NCBI GenBank assembly: GCA_047967505.1
Contig: CM106538.1
Strand: one strand, 5' to 3'
Source of the DNA: Dipteris shenzhenensis
Lineage: Eukaryota
Length of the DNA: 64,000 nt
Shown: positions 1-12,312 of the stretch, one piece after another
How positions within the stretch are numbered: the stretch's first letter is position 1
Layout: each line of letters begins with the position of its first letter
Translations under genes and position numbers: made by a program
The notes under the pieces: generated by a model
What the model was told of the DNA's origin: nothing
Database searches by the model: none
The model's input: only the letters and a program-made list of their open reading frames with translations

Positions 1-519
1 ACCACGACATTAGGCATGTCTTTCTCATCGCATCCTCCACCATATACCAAACTTCACATGTGGATTAAGCTTTTGGCCTTACATGAGGGCTAGCGAATTA
101 TTTTGTCATTTAGCTTGTATGACACCACCTTTATTATAAGCATGTGATATTATTTAAATGAGGATCTCTTGCCAAAATGGCGAGGTCCCCACTCATATTT
201 AATGGTCCATTCCCCCCTAGTATGTCTCCCCAAGTAGTGAAAAATGGGAGATTCGTATTCATTAGTGTACCCCTAAGCTAAGTTAAATGCGTCCCTTCAA
301 ATGATTGAAACAATTAAAAAAAAAAAAGAGGTCCATCCCATCTTTCATCTCTTTTCACTCCTCTCTTTTTACTTATCCACCTTTCCCATATTCATTCACC
401 TTCATTTGCATTTTTTCCTTTCCCTTTCCTTCCAATTTACACCTTTCTTTTCCCTTTTACAAGTTATTGGATAATTTTATTGTAATATTTATCCGAGCTA
501 CTTTACATTTTGGGACTTA

Positions 520-926
520 GGGCCAGTGAAAAAATGCTCAACTGGTGTGACTTTGATTCTCAACTCCAATTATCTGAATTTATCGCGCATGAACCAGATG
601 GTGGCATTCAATACGAGCGGCAGAGTTTGTCTAACTATTGCAGTGGGGAGCTGTGTGAGATGCAGAGTTGCACCTGTCCATTTTTCATTGGTTTGGATAG
701 AGCAGGAAGAAACATTCAATGCAATGGTAGTGCCAAATGTCAAGGCGCTATTGGGTGGAGAAAAAATGGCGCTCCAGTGCCCAAATTCGCACCCTCCAAA
801 ATCAAGGTGCCAATTTGAGCACCAAATGCACAATAGAGTCGCATGAGTTGGGGAAACATTTAGGTGTGTGAACGGAACTATTCACAACAACCAGAGGCAC
901 ATTTTTTGCTGTGCGTGCATTGGGCC
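520..926. mobile_element. Possible PIF/Harbinger (Tourist-like) MITE
   Basis: TTA on both sides (517-519, 927-929), with short imperfect inverted termini GGGCCAGTG / CATTGGGCC. Confidence 0.3.
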
Positions 927-1242
927 TTAGTGATTGTGCCACCTTGTTGAAAGCAAGGCCGTAGTGGTCACTTCAGCAGAGATGCCTCCCACAATCAACA
1001 AATCTACAAACCATGATGGACTACTTTCACTTCAATTGAGAACTAACAACTTAAGACTCTCATTTAGACCATATTTGGAGCAACCTTGACAAACCCAACA
1101 ACCAAGCACATACCTCATTCGCATATGGGACAGATCATTCCATTGCATACATTTGCACAAAATGCACACTAACACTTTCACCTACTATAACATTCTAAAA
1201 GGCAGGGCCTTGGTGGGATCCCTAGCTTGCTTATTTTGTAAG

Positions 1243-1243
<1 letters not shown>

Positions 1244-1283
<40 letters not shown>

Positions 1284-1427
1284 ACGCATCCACAATGAAC
1301 TTCTCTTGCATGCATGACCATGCACCCCGCATGCACACGCACACACACACACACCATACATACACATGTCCGGCCGACCCCATCCCCCCCTCCCCCTCCC
1401 CCCACACACAAGCATACACCTTCTCTC

Positions 1428-1470
<43 letters not shown>
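1244..1470. repeat. Compound (CT)n/(CA)n microsatellites upstream of the PDV gene; another at 1968-2010
   Basis: Directly visible dinucleotide runs. Confidence 0.95.
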
Positions 1471-1473
<3 letters not shown>

Positions 1474-1967
1474 TGACAAGCATATGTGCATGCCCCATGG
1501 GCAAACACAAGTGAGTGCTACGAGAGGCATATGTTGGGATGTGCATGCATACATGCATTGAACACATACATGCAACACTACACAAGTGCGTAAGATGCAC
1601 ATGGAAGATTGGTACAAGTGGCAAGAAGTTACGAGTAAGGGGGAGTGCACAATGCGCACATACACCCACATGTGTGCGATCTTGTGAAATAACACCAAGA
1701 TGGTTGGGCCAGAAGTAGGCAACAATAGCGATCCAGAGGAGCAGAAAGGAGTTACAGTCTCACATGGCACCTTCACTCTCTGTCAACCTCCATGCTCTCC
1801 TGGCTCTAGTGTTCTGGGAACCGTCCGATCCGGATGTGCGCATAGGCTCATAAAGGCAATTGGAAAGGCCATTCTCGTTGTCGTTCGTGGCACCTTGAGT
1901 TCTCTCAGCCTACATGCTCTCCTGTTGCTCATGTGTTTGGGCTACGTGCCAATGCACATAGCAATGG

Positions 1968-2009
<42 letters not shown>

Positions 2010-2244
2010 GCGCGCACGAGCGTGTGTTCTGCATGCCGTGCTCAGGCACGCACACACACACGGGCACAACATCGGAAATCTGTGCACACGTGTGAGGATA
2101 CACACACACGAGCTGCCACTGAGAATGTATGAGCTGGTTTTTATATGCTGCTGTTGCTTCTTCTTCATCATCTTCTTCATTTTACCATTTTTTGCAGAGC
2201 TGGTTTTGGGCTTGAGCTTGTCTTGTGCTGTGAGCTGTGTCGCT

Positions 2245-3731
2245 ATGGAGCCTGAGGAGATCGCCGTCGTCCTCTCCCGCTCCTCTGAGCTCCACTCCAA
2301 GCTCAGCCTCGCCATCGATCGCCTCTTCAACGCACCACCTCCCTCTCTTTCTCCCTCTTCTTCCTCGCCTCCTCCTCCTCCTCCTCCCCTTGATACCCTC
2401 CCCATTGATCCTTCCTCCCTCCGCACTGGCCTCCAAAACGGCATTTCCTCCTTCGATAGGCCCCCTGCCGATGGCCCTGCCGAGGTGCGCAGCCTGGCTT
2501 CCATTCGAGATGCGCTGGAAGCATTGGAGGAGAACCTGGAGGCTTTGCAGGTACCTTCGCCTTTCTAAAGCTCTTCTGGTTCGGTTTGCCTCTTCTCACG
2601 TACCACTGCCTGTAATGCTGCAGTGGACCTTGGAATCGCGTTTTTCTTCTCTTTGGGAACACTTGTTCAATGGCCGTATAGGCCATACACACCTGGGAGA
2701 TCGGTTCTCTCCTTTTTCCGTTCTACGTTGCATCTCGTCACCGACTACGTAACGTTCTTTGAGTGCGTACTTTCCGTTCTCTAAATTTTGTTTTCGCCTG
2801 GCAGGCGTTGCAACAGCAACAGCGAGCAGAAAGAGACGCAGGTCTTGCTGAGATTGAGGAAAGTAGGCGAGTTCTTCTTAGAAGACTCAAAGAACACAGG
2901 GGTAGAGAATCTGAAATAGTTCAAGAAGCCCTCGCTTTTGCTGGCGGAAGTGTGGCTGACAAGGATGATTTGCCGCTGCCGCCTTATCCGAAAGTATACG
3001 ACGATGAATCTCCACGGCGCCCTGTCTCAGCTCCTAGCAGAAGGACCCGCCCAGGGCAGAGATCGGACATGGCTGAAGAGCCCCAGGATAGGAGCGAAGT
3101 CCTTGACTTTGAGCTGGAGGAAGCCCAAGAAGACGATGAGGGAAGCGATGGTGATTTAGCGTTTCAGTACGAGGAGGAAAGAGAGCCTGATAGGCTTTTA
3201 GAAGTGGCTATGGATGCGGCAAATAGATTGAAGAACTCGGGAGCTTTTGCATTTGCTGCGAATGCTGTCAAAAGCTCTGTTGCTCTACTGCGCTACATAG
3301 CGGGGAAAATCACAGGGCAAGTAACGGGACCATCCTCTAAAGTCGTACTGATAGTGGTGAGTACCCTTGCGGTTCTTTCCTTGACTGATATAGGGGAAAA
3401 GAGGAGGAAATCCGTCTCCAGAGTTTCCAGGACGCCAGCACACCGATCTCATTATCATCATGTCGGTGACCTCATTTCTCCCGACAGCTTGCACATCGAA
3501 CAGGCCGAACCCGAGAAATCACCTCAAGTCGGATCCATTCATCAGACAAATGAAGAACGACCTTATTCATCTACAATTGAACATCCTTCTGCTTGTGATG
3601 AAAAGCCTCCTAAAAAGAGTGGCACGGTGAAGTCGGAAGATGAGTTTCCAAAATGCGTTGTTAGAGAGCGACTCGAGCTCCCGTTTTACCAGGAATTGCG
3701 GACCCCTGATGTTCTTTATGGGCGAGGTTAG
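2245..3731 (+). CDS. PDV2: Plastid division protein, PDV family (PDV2-like). Exon 1 2245-2550, GT-AG intron 2551-2804, exon 2 2805-3731; about 410 aa
   Basis: N-terminus MEPEEIAVVLSRSSELHSKLSLAI; coiled-coil segment RSLASIRDALEALEENLEALQ|ALQQQQRAERDAGLAEIEESRRVLLRRLKEHRG; DDLPLPPYP motif; hydrophobic segment VVLIVVSTLAVLSL; C-terminus PDVLYGRG ending in the conserved terminal Gly of PDV proteins. The splice is phase 0 and in frame (CAG|GTAC...GCAG|GCG). PDV1 versus PDV2 assignment rests on the C-terminus only. Confidence 0.85.
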
Positions 3732-5289
3732 AGACATTCGATCAAGGTGGTGGTATTTTTTGGAACATGGATACCTGGAGATCATCAGAAGTTTTAGGAT
3801 GGTGAGGATTTGAGCCTTCAGATCCAATGAAGCTGTGGCAATATGCAGACCTTTGAAGCAGGTTTGTCTGTGATTTCCCACCTTTTACAGAAAGCAAGAT
3901 TTTGCAGAGCTCTCCTAGCATTAGGGCCCGATTCTTCAGATATCATGGAATTCTTTTGAGGAGCCAGCGTGACCTTTTGGTTGGTTTTCTAAATTTCCCC
4001 TGTATGTCTCTTTGAGGTGGAGGAAAATCTGTGTGGCTGTTACAGACAAAATCTTATTGTAAGACAATGTACACCATTGCACAGATGTGTCAGGTTTTGA
4101 TCTCTCCATTTCTCATAAACGATTGATCATTGAACACCATTTATCACCAGGGCCTACACACATGGTTTGATTCATTCCTCAGGCATAAACGATTCAATCA
4201 CGCACAAACATGGTCCAGGTGCATAGCTCACTTTGTTTCCTAGATCTCATTTTGAATGTGCTCTTGTGAATTGTACTTAACGTGTGGGGATGTGCGATTG
4301 GATGCCCTACTTTTTTGTGGTGAAGAGAATGTCTGGTACTTTAGTAATCTGTCAATACTTCTTAGTCATTGTGAAAAGAATACCAGAGTTGTGTTTGGAC
4401 ACCTATTGCCTGCTGTGCTCTGGGCCAATATAAGCTAGGTGACTGGCACGTGGTTTGATTTTTATTAGTCTATTCTCTACATTCTATTTTGTGGAGGAAG
4501 CTAAATCCTTGTGAGAGCGTTATTGTGTTTTGCTGGGTCCCACAACTGAGTTTATTGGGGAAGATTTGCTTTTTTTGTCAGTGCACTTCGTCGGTTCTCA
4601 TTTCACTGATCTAGACTTCTGCTACCTCTCAAGATTCAGTGTGATGCATTCCCTGTTACAGCCAAAGGGAGATCAATTTCCTTTTTTACTGGCCTTAGGA
4701 TCCAAGGTTTCAGTGTGTTTAAAGGAGGTACGTATAGGAAGGCAGAGTGGTCTTATAGTAAGTAGGTGTAACAGATAGTAGAAACCCTTAGGCTCATGTT
4801 GCCAGAAGCATAAAAGGTGAATCCGAAAAGCTCTATGCAGTGCAAATGTGTGCAAAGGAAATACTAAGTAAGGCATCAAGAGGAGTGAACAGAAGAGGAA
4901 TGGACTGTGTGGTCAGGTATTTATAGGAGGGCAGAAGTGGCCTTATGGTAGTTAGGCGCAATAGATATAGGCTAGTGTTGCCAAAATCATGTAAGGTCAA
5001 CATGCAAGGATTTAAGCATCCAAAATGTGTGCAAAGGAATTACTATTTAAGTCTCCGAGAGAGAGGAGTGAATGGACCACAAGCTAGAACACTGTATTGG
5101 TCAAAGGATGAAGGACTTCTTGGAACATACTCAAGATCTCCAATTAGGTATCTGCTATAGAAGGAGCATCAAAGAGCGAAGCTTGTCCATAGTTGAAGCG
5201 GAGGCAGTGTCTGGAGTGCTGGCACTTTTCATGTCATTTCAAACATCTACTGAACCAGATTTGTTGATATCTCGATTATGACAATGATT

Positions 5290-8200
5290 TGTTGGAGGAC
5301 ATCTCCTGATGTCGCCTTAGAGAGAGAGGGCCTTGATTGTGGGTGTGCCTGCCTGGTGAGTGAGGGTAGCCTAGAGAGAGAGGGCCTGTGTTGTGGGTGT
5401 GCCCGCCCCCGTGAGAGTAGGACTGTGACTTTCCTCTGCTTCATGCGTTGCCACGTAGGCCATGGAGGTTCCCCGAGGGGTGCAGGGCTGTTTGGGCAGA
5501 TATGCCCTGTTGTGCTGCATGGGTATGCCCTTATAGGCGCCCTTAGATGAGGGCTGTAGAGCATATGGTGGAGGTTGGCCACCTTGGCTGGTGTCAGCCC
5601 TTCATAGGCTAGGGGAGAGCCCCCCTTTATAGGGCTGTGGGCAGCCCTAGTGCTGGGTTGGCCGATTGGCCCTACAGCAGGGGGGTCGGTCCCCTTTAGA
5701 TCAGCCGACCAGGCAGGGGGGGCTGCCTATATATAGGCCCCCCATTCTCATTGTTTGGCATCATCTCTTGGAGCAGTATAGCCACTACTGTCCAGTGCCT
5801 TGTGGAGCAGCATAGCCTGCCTTGTTGAGCAGCCCTAGGGCAGGAGTGTGGAGCAGTCCATCCACTCTTTGTGTATCCATTCCTCGAGGTTGTTGAGCTG
5901 TTTGTCTGAGCTCTCGAGAAGCCTGTTGGTTCTGAGGTTTTCTCCCAGTTGTAGTGGGGTTTTCTCCAGAGGTCACTTACGATTCTCTTGTGCCTTTTCT
6001 CTCTCCTTTCTCTCCTCAGTGTGTATGTGTGAGGCGTGCTCTCTCTCTCTCTCTCTTCCGTTTCTCTCTCTTCCGTTCATTTCTGCTGCACTTCTCACAT
6101 GGTATCAGAGCCACGGTTGGCTTGAGACCTGAGGGGTGGAGGGAGTGTTGAGCCAACACACAGAGAGGAGGACTAGGGTGCTGTTCGGAGGTGTCTTTGA
6201 GGAGCGTGTTTGAGGAGTGGACTGTTCGGGTGACCAGCAAAGGGGTGACTTTGAAGGGTGTCGTCAGATTAGAGAGGTGGTGTCTCAAAGGGACGGAAAG
6301 CGAGGTGTGAAGGTACATTGGGCTGTCAGCCCCTTCATCCTCTTCTTCTGCCTTCTCCTTTCTTGAACCCTCAGATCCCTTCCATCCCATCCACCTTCTC
6401 TTTCAGTATATCGTCCTCTTCAATCCGACATGGTGACTTTGTCCGAGATGGCAGAGAACAAGACTAGAATTCCAGTGTTGCCCACGTTCCTGGTTGACCG
6501 ACAGCTAGATGGGCTCAATTATGGCGCTTGGCGGGTGATGATGGAACCTGTGTTACAGTCATACGACATGGCAGATTTTGACGTTTTGATAGGTGTTGCC
6601 TGACCAGATCCCCTCGTAGAGGACCTTGGCATCCTGGCTCGGAAGGAGGCCGAGACTTTGTCCTAGCTATGGAACGGTGTTAATGCCAGGGTAGGATCAT
6701 TTATATTTCTTAACTGTACTCCTCAGGTGATCAATCATGTGAAGCACATGACAGTGGCCAAAAGTATATGGGAGCATTTGGCGACCTCTCCCATGAAGAG
6801 GGTTTCACTGTAGGTCCGGATGAGGTTGTTGGATCCCAAGAAGTCTTCATCGATGCGGGAACACATCAACAAGTTACAGGAACTTCAGCAAGAGATCCTA
6901 AAGGCACGGAAGCAGATTTCGTCAGCGGACATGGCCATTACTCTACTCTCCCAGTTATCCTCTCAGTACGGGGCCTTCTATTCATCCTTGATCACTAGTG
7001 GAAGGGTGAATGAGTTGACCTGGGAGTAATTGGTCCCCATGGTGCTTGACCAAGAGGAGCGCTTTGTCGGTATACCTACGACAATCAGCCTGAGGCTTTG
7101 ACAGCTGATCAACAAAAGCAGTTGACAGCTGAGGAACGAGAAGCTCTCAAGGCATCCCGAACGTGTAATCGATGTGACCAGAAAGGTCATTATTTGCGTT
7201 AGTGTCTCTAAAGGAACGTAGAGGGGTCTAGTAACTAGGTGGCCAATAGTGTGACTGCTGCGACCACGTTTACTCAAGCCTTCTAGTAACACGAGGCAGG
7301 TGTTGCCAGCAGGCTTTCTGGATCATGATGGAGGATTGCTTGCTTGTCTGTGGCAGGTGGACCTGCTGGTCAGGTGCATCGAGCAGGGAGTTATTTATCG
7401 AGACAGGATTTCAGGCAGAATCTTGAGCCACGAGGAGTTGTTTCCGTTGACTCAGGAGGTAGTTTGTTACTAGTTTCTACTTTGTTTGGACGTTATGACC
7501 TAGCAGATCCAGAGGGGGTCTCCTAGTGTTCTGCTGCAACTAGTGTCTGATGCTGCTGGAGATCCGGATGGGTCAGTAGATTGTCAGTGTGGGAACCCAG
7601 ACAGAGTTGATTGATCCTTGTGAGCTGTTATACACCCGTTGTTGCCATTTGAGCACTAAAGCTCATCGATTTGGTGACAGTCTAACACACAACTAAGAGC
7701 CCATTACAAAATCTAGCCTTAAAACTCTGTACACCGATCCACACCTACAACGAATATATGGCATACCCAAATAACTTTGGAATGTTGTTCTATCTGAAAA
7801 CGATGTTGGATGGCATCCTCGTAGAAACAGACCCGGAGAAGAAGGAAAATAGTTGCAAGGAGGACATGCTTTGGTGGTGGTGTATTACTTTGAGACTCTG
7901 CAGAGACGGTGATTATTAATTTTCCTGGCTATTGTTTTTCTTGCTCCTTTAAGGTACTCGTCAAGCTCATGATGTAGGTTTCTTTTGGCAGGACAGTTGA
8001 CCTAGTGTACCATTACTAAGACCAGAAGAGTGTACCTAGCACCTACGGCCTGGGAGCAATAGTTCCAGGTTTCTAGTTCGACAGTACCTGTGGAGGTCTT
8101 CAGCGGTGCAGTATCACACGATGGATTCCTCCAGTTGTTCCAGCAACACACCCAGCTCCCTAGCTTCTTTGTTCCATCCAGGAGCTGAGAGGGGGTATTA

Positions 8201-8910
8201 GAGGACATCATCTCCTGATGTCACCTTAGAGAGAGGGTCTTGATTGTGGGAGTGCTCGCCTAGTGACTGAGTGTAGCATAGAGAGAGGGCTTGTGTTGTG
8301 GGTGTGCCTGTCCACGTGAGAGTAGGACTGTGACTTTCCTTTGCTTCTGCGTTGCCACGTAGGGGGTTGTTTGGGCAGATATGCCTTGTTGTGTTGCATG
8401 GGGCATGGGTATGCGCTTACAAGTGCCCTAGATGAGGGCTGTAGAGCATAGGGTGGAGGTTGGCCACCATGGCTTGTGTCAGCCCTTCATAGGCTAGGGG
8501 AGAGCCCCCCTTTATAAGGCTGTGGCCAGCCCTAGTGCTGGGTCGACCTTACAGCAGGGGGGTCGGTCCCCTTTAGATCAGATGACCAGGAAGCGGGGGC
8601 TGCCTATATATAGGCTCCCGATTCTCATTGTTTGACATCATCTCTTGTATCAGTATAGCCACTGCTGTCCAGTGCCTTGTGGAGCAACATAGCCTGCCTT
8701 GTTAAGCAATCCTAGGGCAGGAGTGGAGCAGTCCATCCACACTCTGTGTCTCTATTTCTCGAGGTTGTTGAGCTGTTTGTCTGAGCTCTCGAGCAGCCTG
8801 TTGGTTCCGAGGTTTTCCCCCAGTTGTAGCGGGGTTTTCTCCAGAGATCACTTGCAGTTCTCTTGTGTCTTTTCTCTCTCCTTCTCAGTGTGTGTGTGTG
8901 TGTGTGTGAG

Positions 8911-8953
<43 letters not shown>

Positions 8954-8978
8954 GTTTATTTCCGTTGCACTTCTCACA
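5290..8978 (+). mobile_element. Non-autonomous Ty1/Copia-type LTR retrotransposon (gag only, pol missing)
   Basis: LTRs at 5290-6099 and 8196-8978; perfect 5-bp TSD TGATT (5285-5289, 8979-8983); PBS TGGTATCAGAGCC (tRNA-iMet) at 6100; polypurine tract just before 8196. Confidence 0.92.
6448..7210 (+). pseudogene. Decayed Copia gag
   Basis: LDGLNYGAWRVMME motif, MREHINKLQEL...LLSQLSSQY segment and a zinc knuckle CNRCDQKGHYLR*C; contains stops and frameshifts. Confidence 0.85.
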
Positions 8979-9814
8979 TGATTATCCTCATTTATGCAAC
9001 CCCAAACACTCCCAGCCTCCCCTCAAACAACCCTGGGCTGCGTTACTTGCTACTTCTTCTAGCCCTCTTTCTTTTGTTTTGCTTAGACGATGTCCCTTGT
9101 ATTGTTCCCCCTTCACTTGACTTTGGGTTTGATGTGTATGCACTGACTTGACCTCACCACTACTGTGATATATGTGGTCATTTAGATGCAACCCTTTAGT
9201 ATGTACATTGCTCTTCATTTTGTTTTTATATAACGATACTACAGGATTATTCCTTGCAAGTTGTGCTGGAGCTTGAGGGTGCCCCTAAATCTTGTACTAT
9301 CAAGAGGGATTAAAACAAGCTAAAGGCTAGGTACATTTCATGGATTCATGTAACATGGGGTGTTGTAGTATGTTATCTTGGTTTTGATTGTTTTAGCAAG
9401 AAAAGTGGTTGAAATTGTATTTACAACTTCTCTTTCTAACCCTTCTCTTTTGACTTGGTATCAAGGGCCCATGGAGAGCATTGTGAGCATTGCATCACGT
9501 TGAAGCATTTCAAGACTATACATGATGAGGAGAAATGCTAGTACTATAATCTCTTTTAAAAATTTGAGGTTTCACCAGAGCCTAGTTGGGGGTTAAACTC
9601 ACACGCTTGTGTGGGTGTGTGCACACACACTTTTTTTGGGGGTGAAATTCATTTGTCACTATATTACATAGAACAGTCCCATGAAAATGGACAACCTGTT
9701 TACAAAGCCTTAAAAAATATCATTTTATGACAAGAAGGCAGGATAATCTAAATCCAGCACATGTACACAATCGCTCACACACACACACATTAATTTAGCT
9801 TAATAATTTATCTT

Positions 9815-9852
<38 letters not shown>

Positions 9853-11571
9853 CTAATATCTTCAAAAATAAAATTTCCCATCTGTACACGCACACACATT
9901 CATACACATCCATACTTCCCCTATCTCCAACACAAGTATATCTTTGAACTCATAAAAAAAATTTCCCCCCACATACACAATATAAAACTTTTCAATCCTT
10001 TATTTTTTATTTTTGATTATTAAACTCACACACACAATTGCAATTTTTCCATTTACTTGCTTCTACCCGCTCCCCCCCCTCCCCCTAGTTTATTCTTTAT
10101 TCCCATCTTTACAAAATTTCCCTTGTTGTACTAAAAACATTTTAATTTTACCCACACACACACTAAACATTTTCTTTAACCTTGTAAAATAAGTCTTAGA
10201 ACATTATCTATAGGTGATATATAATACCCCACACCCTTCTTCTATCTTCATGCCCACCTCCCCTCGCCACTTGCTCTAACGGTCATGCTTGTTTAGTTAT
10301 TGAGCTTCTTGCTTATTGCCACTTTCTTTTTCTCCTAAGCCTACTAAACCCCATATGCCTAGCCTATACTATTAAACCCCCTTAACTATACCCTGACTTG
10401 AAACCCCTAACCTTAACGGGCTCACCACCCTCGACCATGCTTGATGAACTTGTAACGCTTGCATCATGGTGTTGTAATGCATGCAATCCATGACCCTCTT
10501 ACTTTGGGCTCATCATCGTGATGGAGTGCTTAGTTCTCTGGGCCTAACTGTTATCAACAACTCTCGCTCACGTTGGTTTTTTCTCCCTACTATGACTATG
10601 ACTCTAAGGCTTTACGTTGCTTTTTGGACGAGCATGGCTCTGCTCTTTTCCTCCTTACGACTGCGTGGTTACTGTTGCTCTCGTTTGTGATTGATGAGAT
10701 GGTTCTTGTTGGTTTAATTCCTTTATATTTTCATGTAGCTCTGTCAGCTCTTGCAAGGCTCTGGATTCGCGCCTTTCCCTTTTCTTTGCAGGCATGATTT
10801 GTAGCTCCTTCTGCCTACTCTCCTGTCTTCTGTTCTTTTGTGGCTCCCCATACGTAAGGTAAGTAGACCTTCATGTGCTCCTCCCTTCTCACCGTCTTGG
10901 CATTTCTTGCCTCTCTCGTGTTTCACGCCTTCTCTTTGCAACTGTGACACATTTTCCTTCCCTGGTTTAGTGTTCACTTGGAACTTTTTTTATGGCAGCT
11001 TTGGATAGGTGACTCGACTTTCTTGCCTAGGTGCCTGTCGTTAGCTTCCCTTCTGCTTTGCTTTCCTTCACTTTGGACCTTTGGAAAAGTCTTCATTGGA
11101 AGCTTGTCGCCTTACTTAAAGAATTTTCCTAGAGTTGTCTAGTCAGTTGATAACCAGCCCGCCCTCCGTGACTCGTGTTACAGCCCCTTTGCTTGGGTTC
11201 CTTTTACTCGGTCCTTTGCTCGCTTTGTTGGCTAGACTTTCACAAAATTTTCTCATTTATGGGTAATTGCTTTGCCAGTAATCGTCTGCATACTCGCATA
11301 GTCACGAAATCACGTAAACTCCTTGCGCATTTGACGAAGTCACGTACTCTTGAAATCACCCAAAGCTCTCTGGCGCTGCTACTCTGGCTTAACAGTGTCC
11401 ACTTCTTCGCTGTAGTTCTCTCTCTCTCTCTCTCTCTCTCTCATATTTTTTCACCTTTTATTTTCTTTTATTTTTTCCACTATTTTTTTGAATTTTGCCT
11501 TCAATTTTTTCCCTCACAATCTTGATTATTTTGTTCTTTTCTTGATTTGTCCCTAACACTGTCCCCCTCAC

Positions 11572-11643
11572 AGTCATCCCTTATTCTTGATTCAATTTCA
11601 AGTCATCCCTTATTCTTGATTCAATTTCAAGTCATCCCTTATT
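11572..11643. repeat. 29-bp tandem repeat, about 2.5 copies
   Basis: Unit AGTCATCCCTTATTCTTGATTCAATTTCA. Confidence 0.9.
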
Positions 11644-12141
11644 GTTTCTTATTTAAGCAATTGCTTTGCTCATGTTAATGCATTTATCAATTTGCAATTT
11701 TATCTAAATTATGTATTCATTTAAGGCAATTGATTTTAGTTTTTCCCTTGCTTTTACCTTCTATAAAGGAAATTACCTTTATTAAATTGATTGCTTGATT
11801 CTTTTATTTGTTTTTTTTGTGTGCTTTAGCTAGTTTGGTTTTACTTCCTTTTGCTTGTCTAGAGCATGGGTGTGGAATACCCCTTGACTTTAATTAAAAT
11901 TTTCTATTTAACTAGCTAAATAAGGATTTGGACTACCCTCCTTAATTTTCTCATTTGGGGTTGGACTACCCCCGATACCTTTTAATATTTTTCAATAATA
12001 ACTTTCATTAACTTTCAATTGTTCTTAAAAATTTATCTTTTCTTATCAATTCCTCATTTTTCTCATTTAATTTATAAGCAAACTATATGTTCCTCATTTA
12101 TTTCCTTGACAATTCATTAAAGTAAGTTAGGCTTTTTTTTT

Positions 12142-12312
12142 GGATTCCTCCCTTAAATAGTTGGGCACCTAGTTGTTTAACTACTGTAAGTTTATGGATT
12201 CCCCCCTTAAATCATTGGGTACCTATTTGTTTAACTATTGTTAGGCTTTTTAACAAGTGAATGGATTCTCCCCTTAAATAGTTAGACACCTAGTTATATA
12301 ACTACTATTAAG
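12142..12312. repeat. Three diverged copies of a roughly 50-bp unit
   Basis: GGATTC(C)TCCCTTAAATAGTTGGGCACCTAGTTGTTTAACTACT recurs three times. Confidence 0.8.

Noticed and set aside
1178-2095. Several ORFs of 60-170 aa with ERERER / CVCVCV / THTHTH tracts
   Set aside because: Artefacts of dinucleotide microsatellites; the same applies at 14094-15700, 16653-16979, 42124-43757 and 62010-62489.
10447-10460. AACT|TGTAAC as the 5' boundary of the Athila-like element
   Set aside because: Only 4 nt match the AACTT that follows the 3' LTR, and the start is not the inverse of the LTR end (TGTAGT expected).
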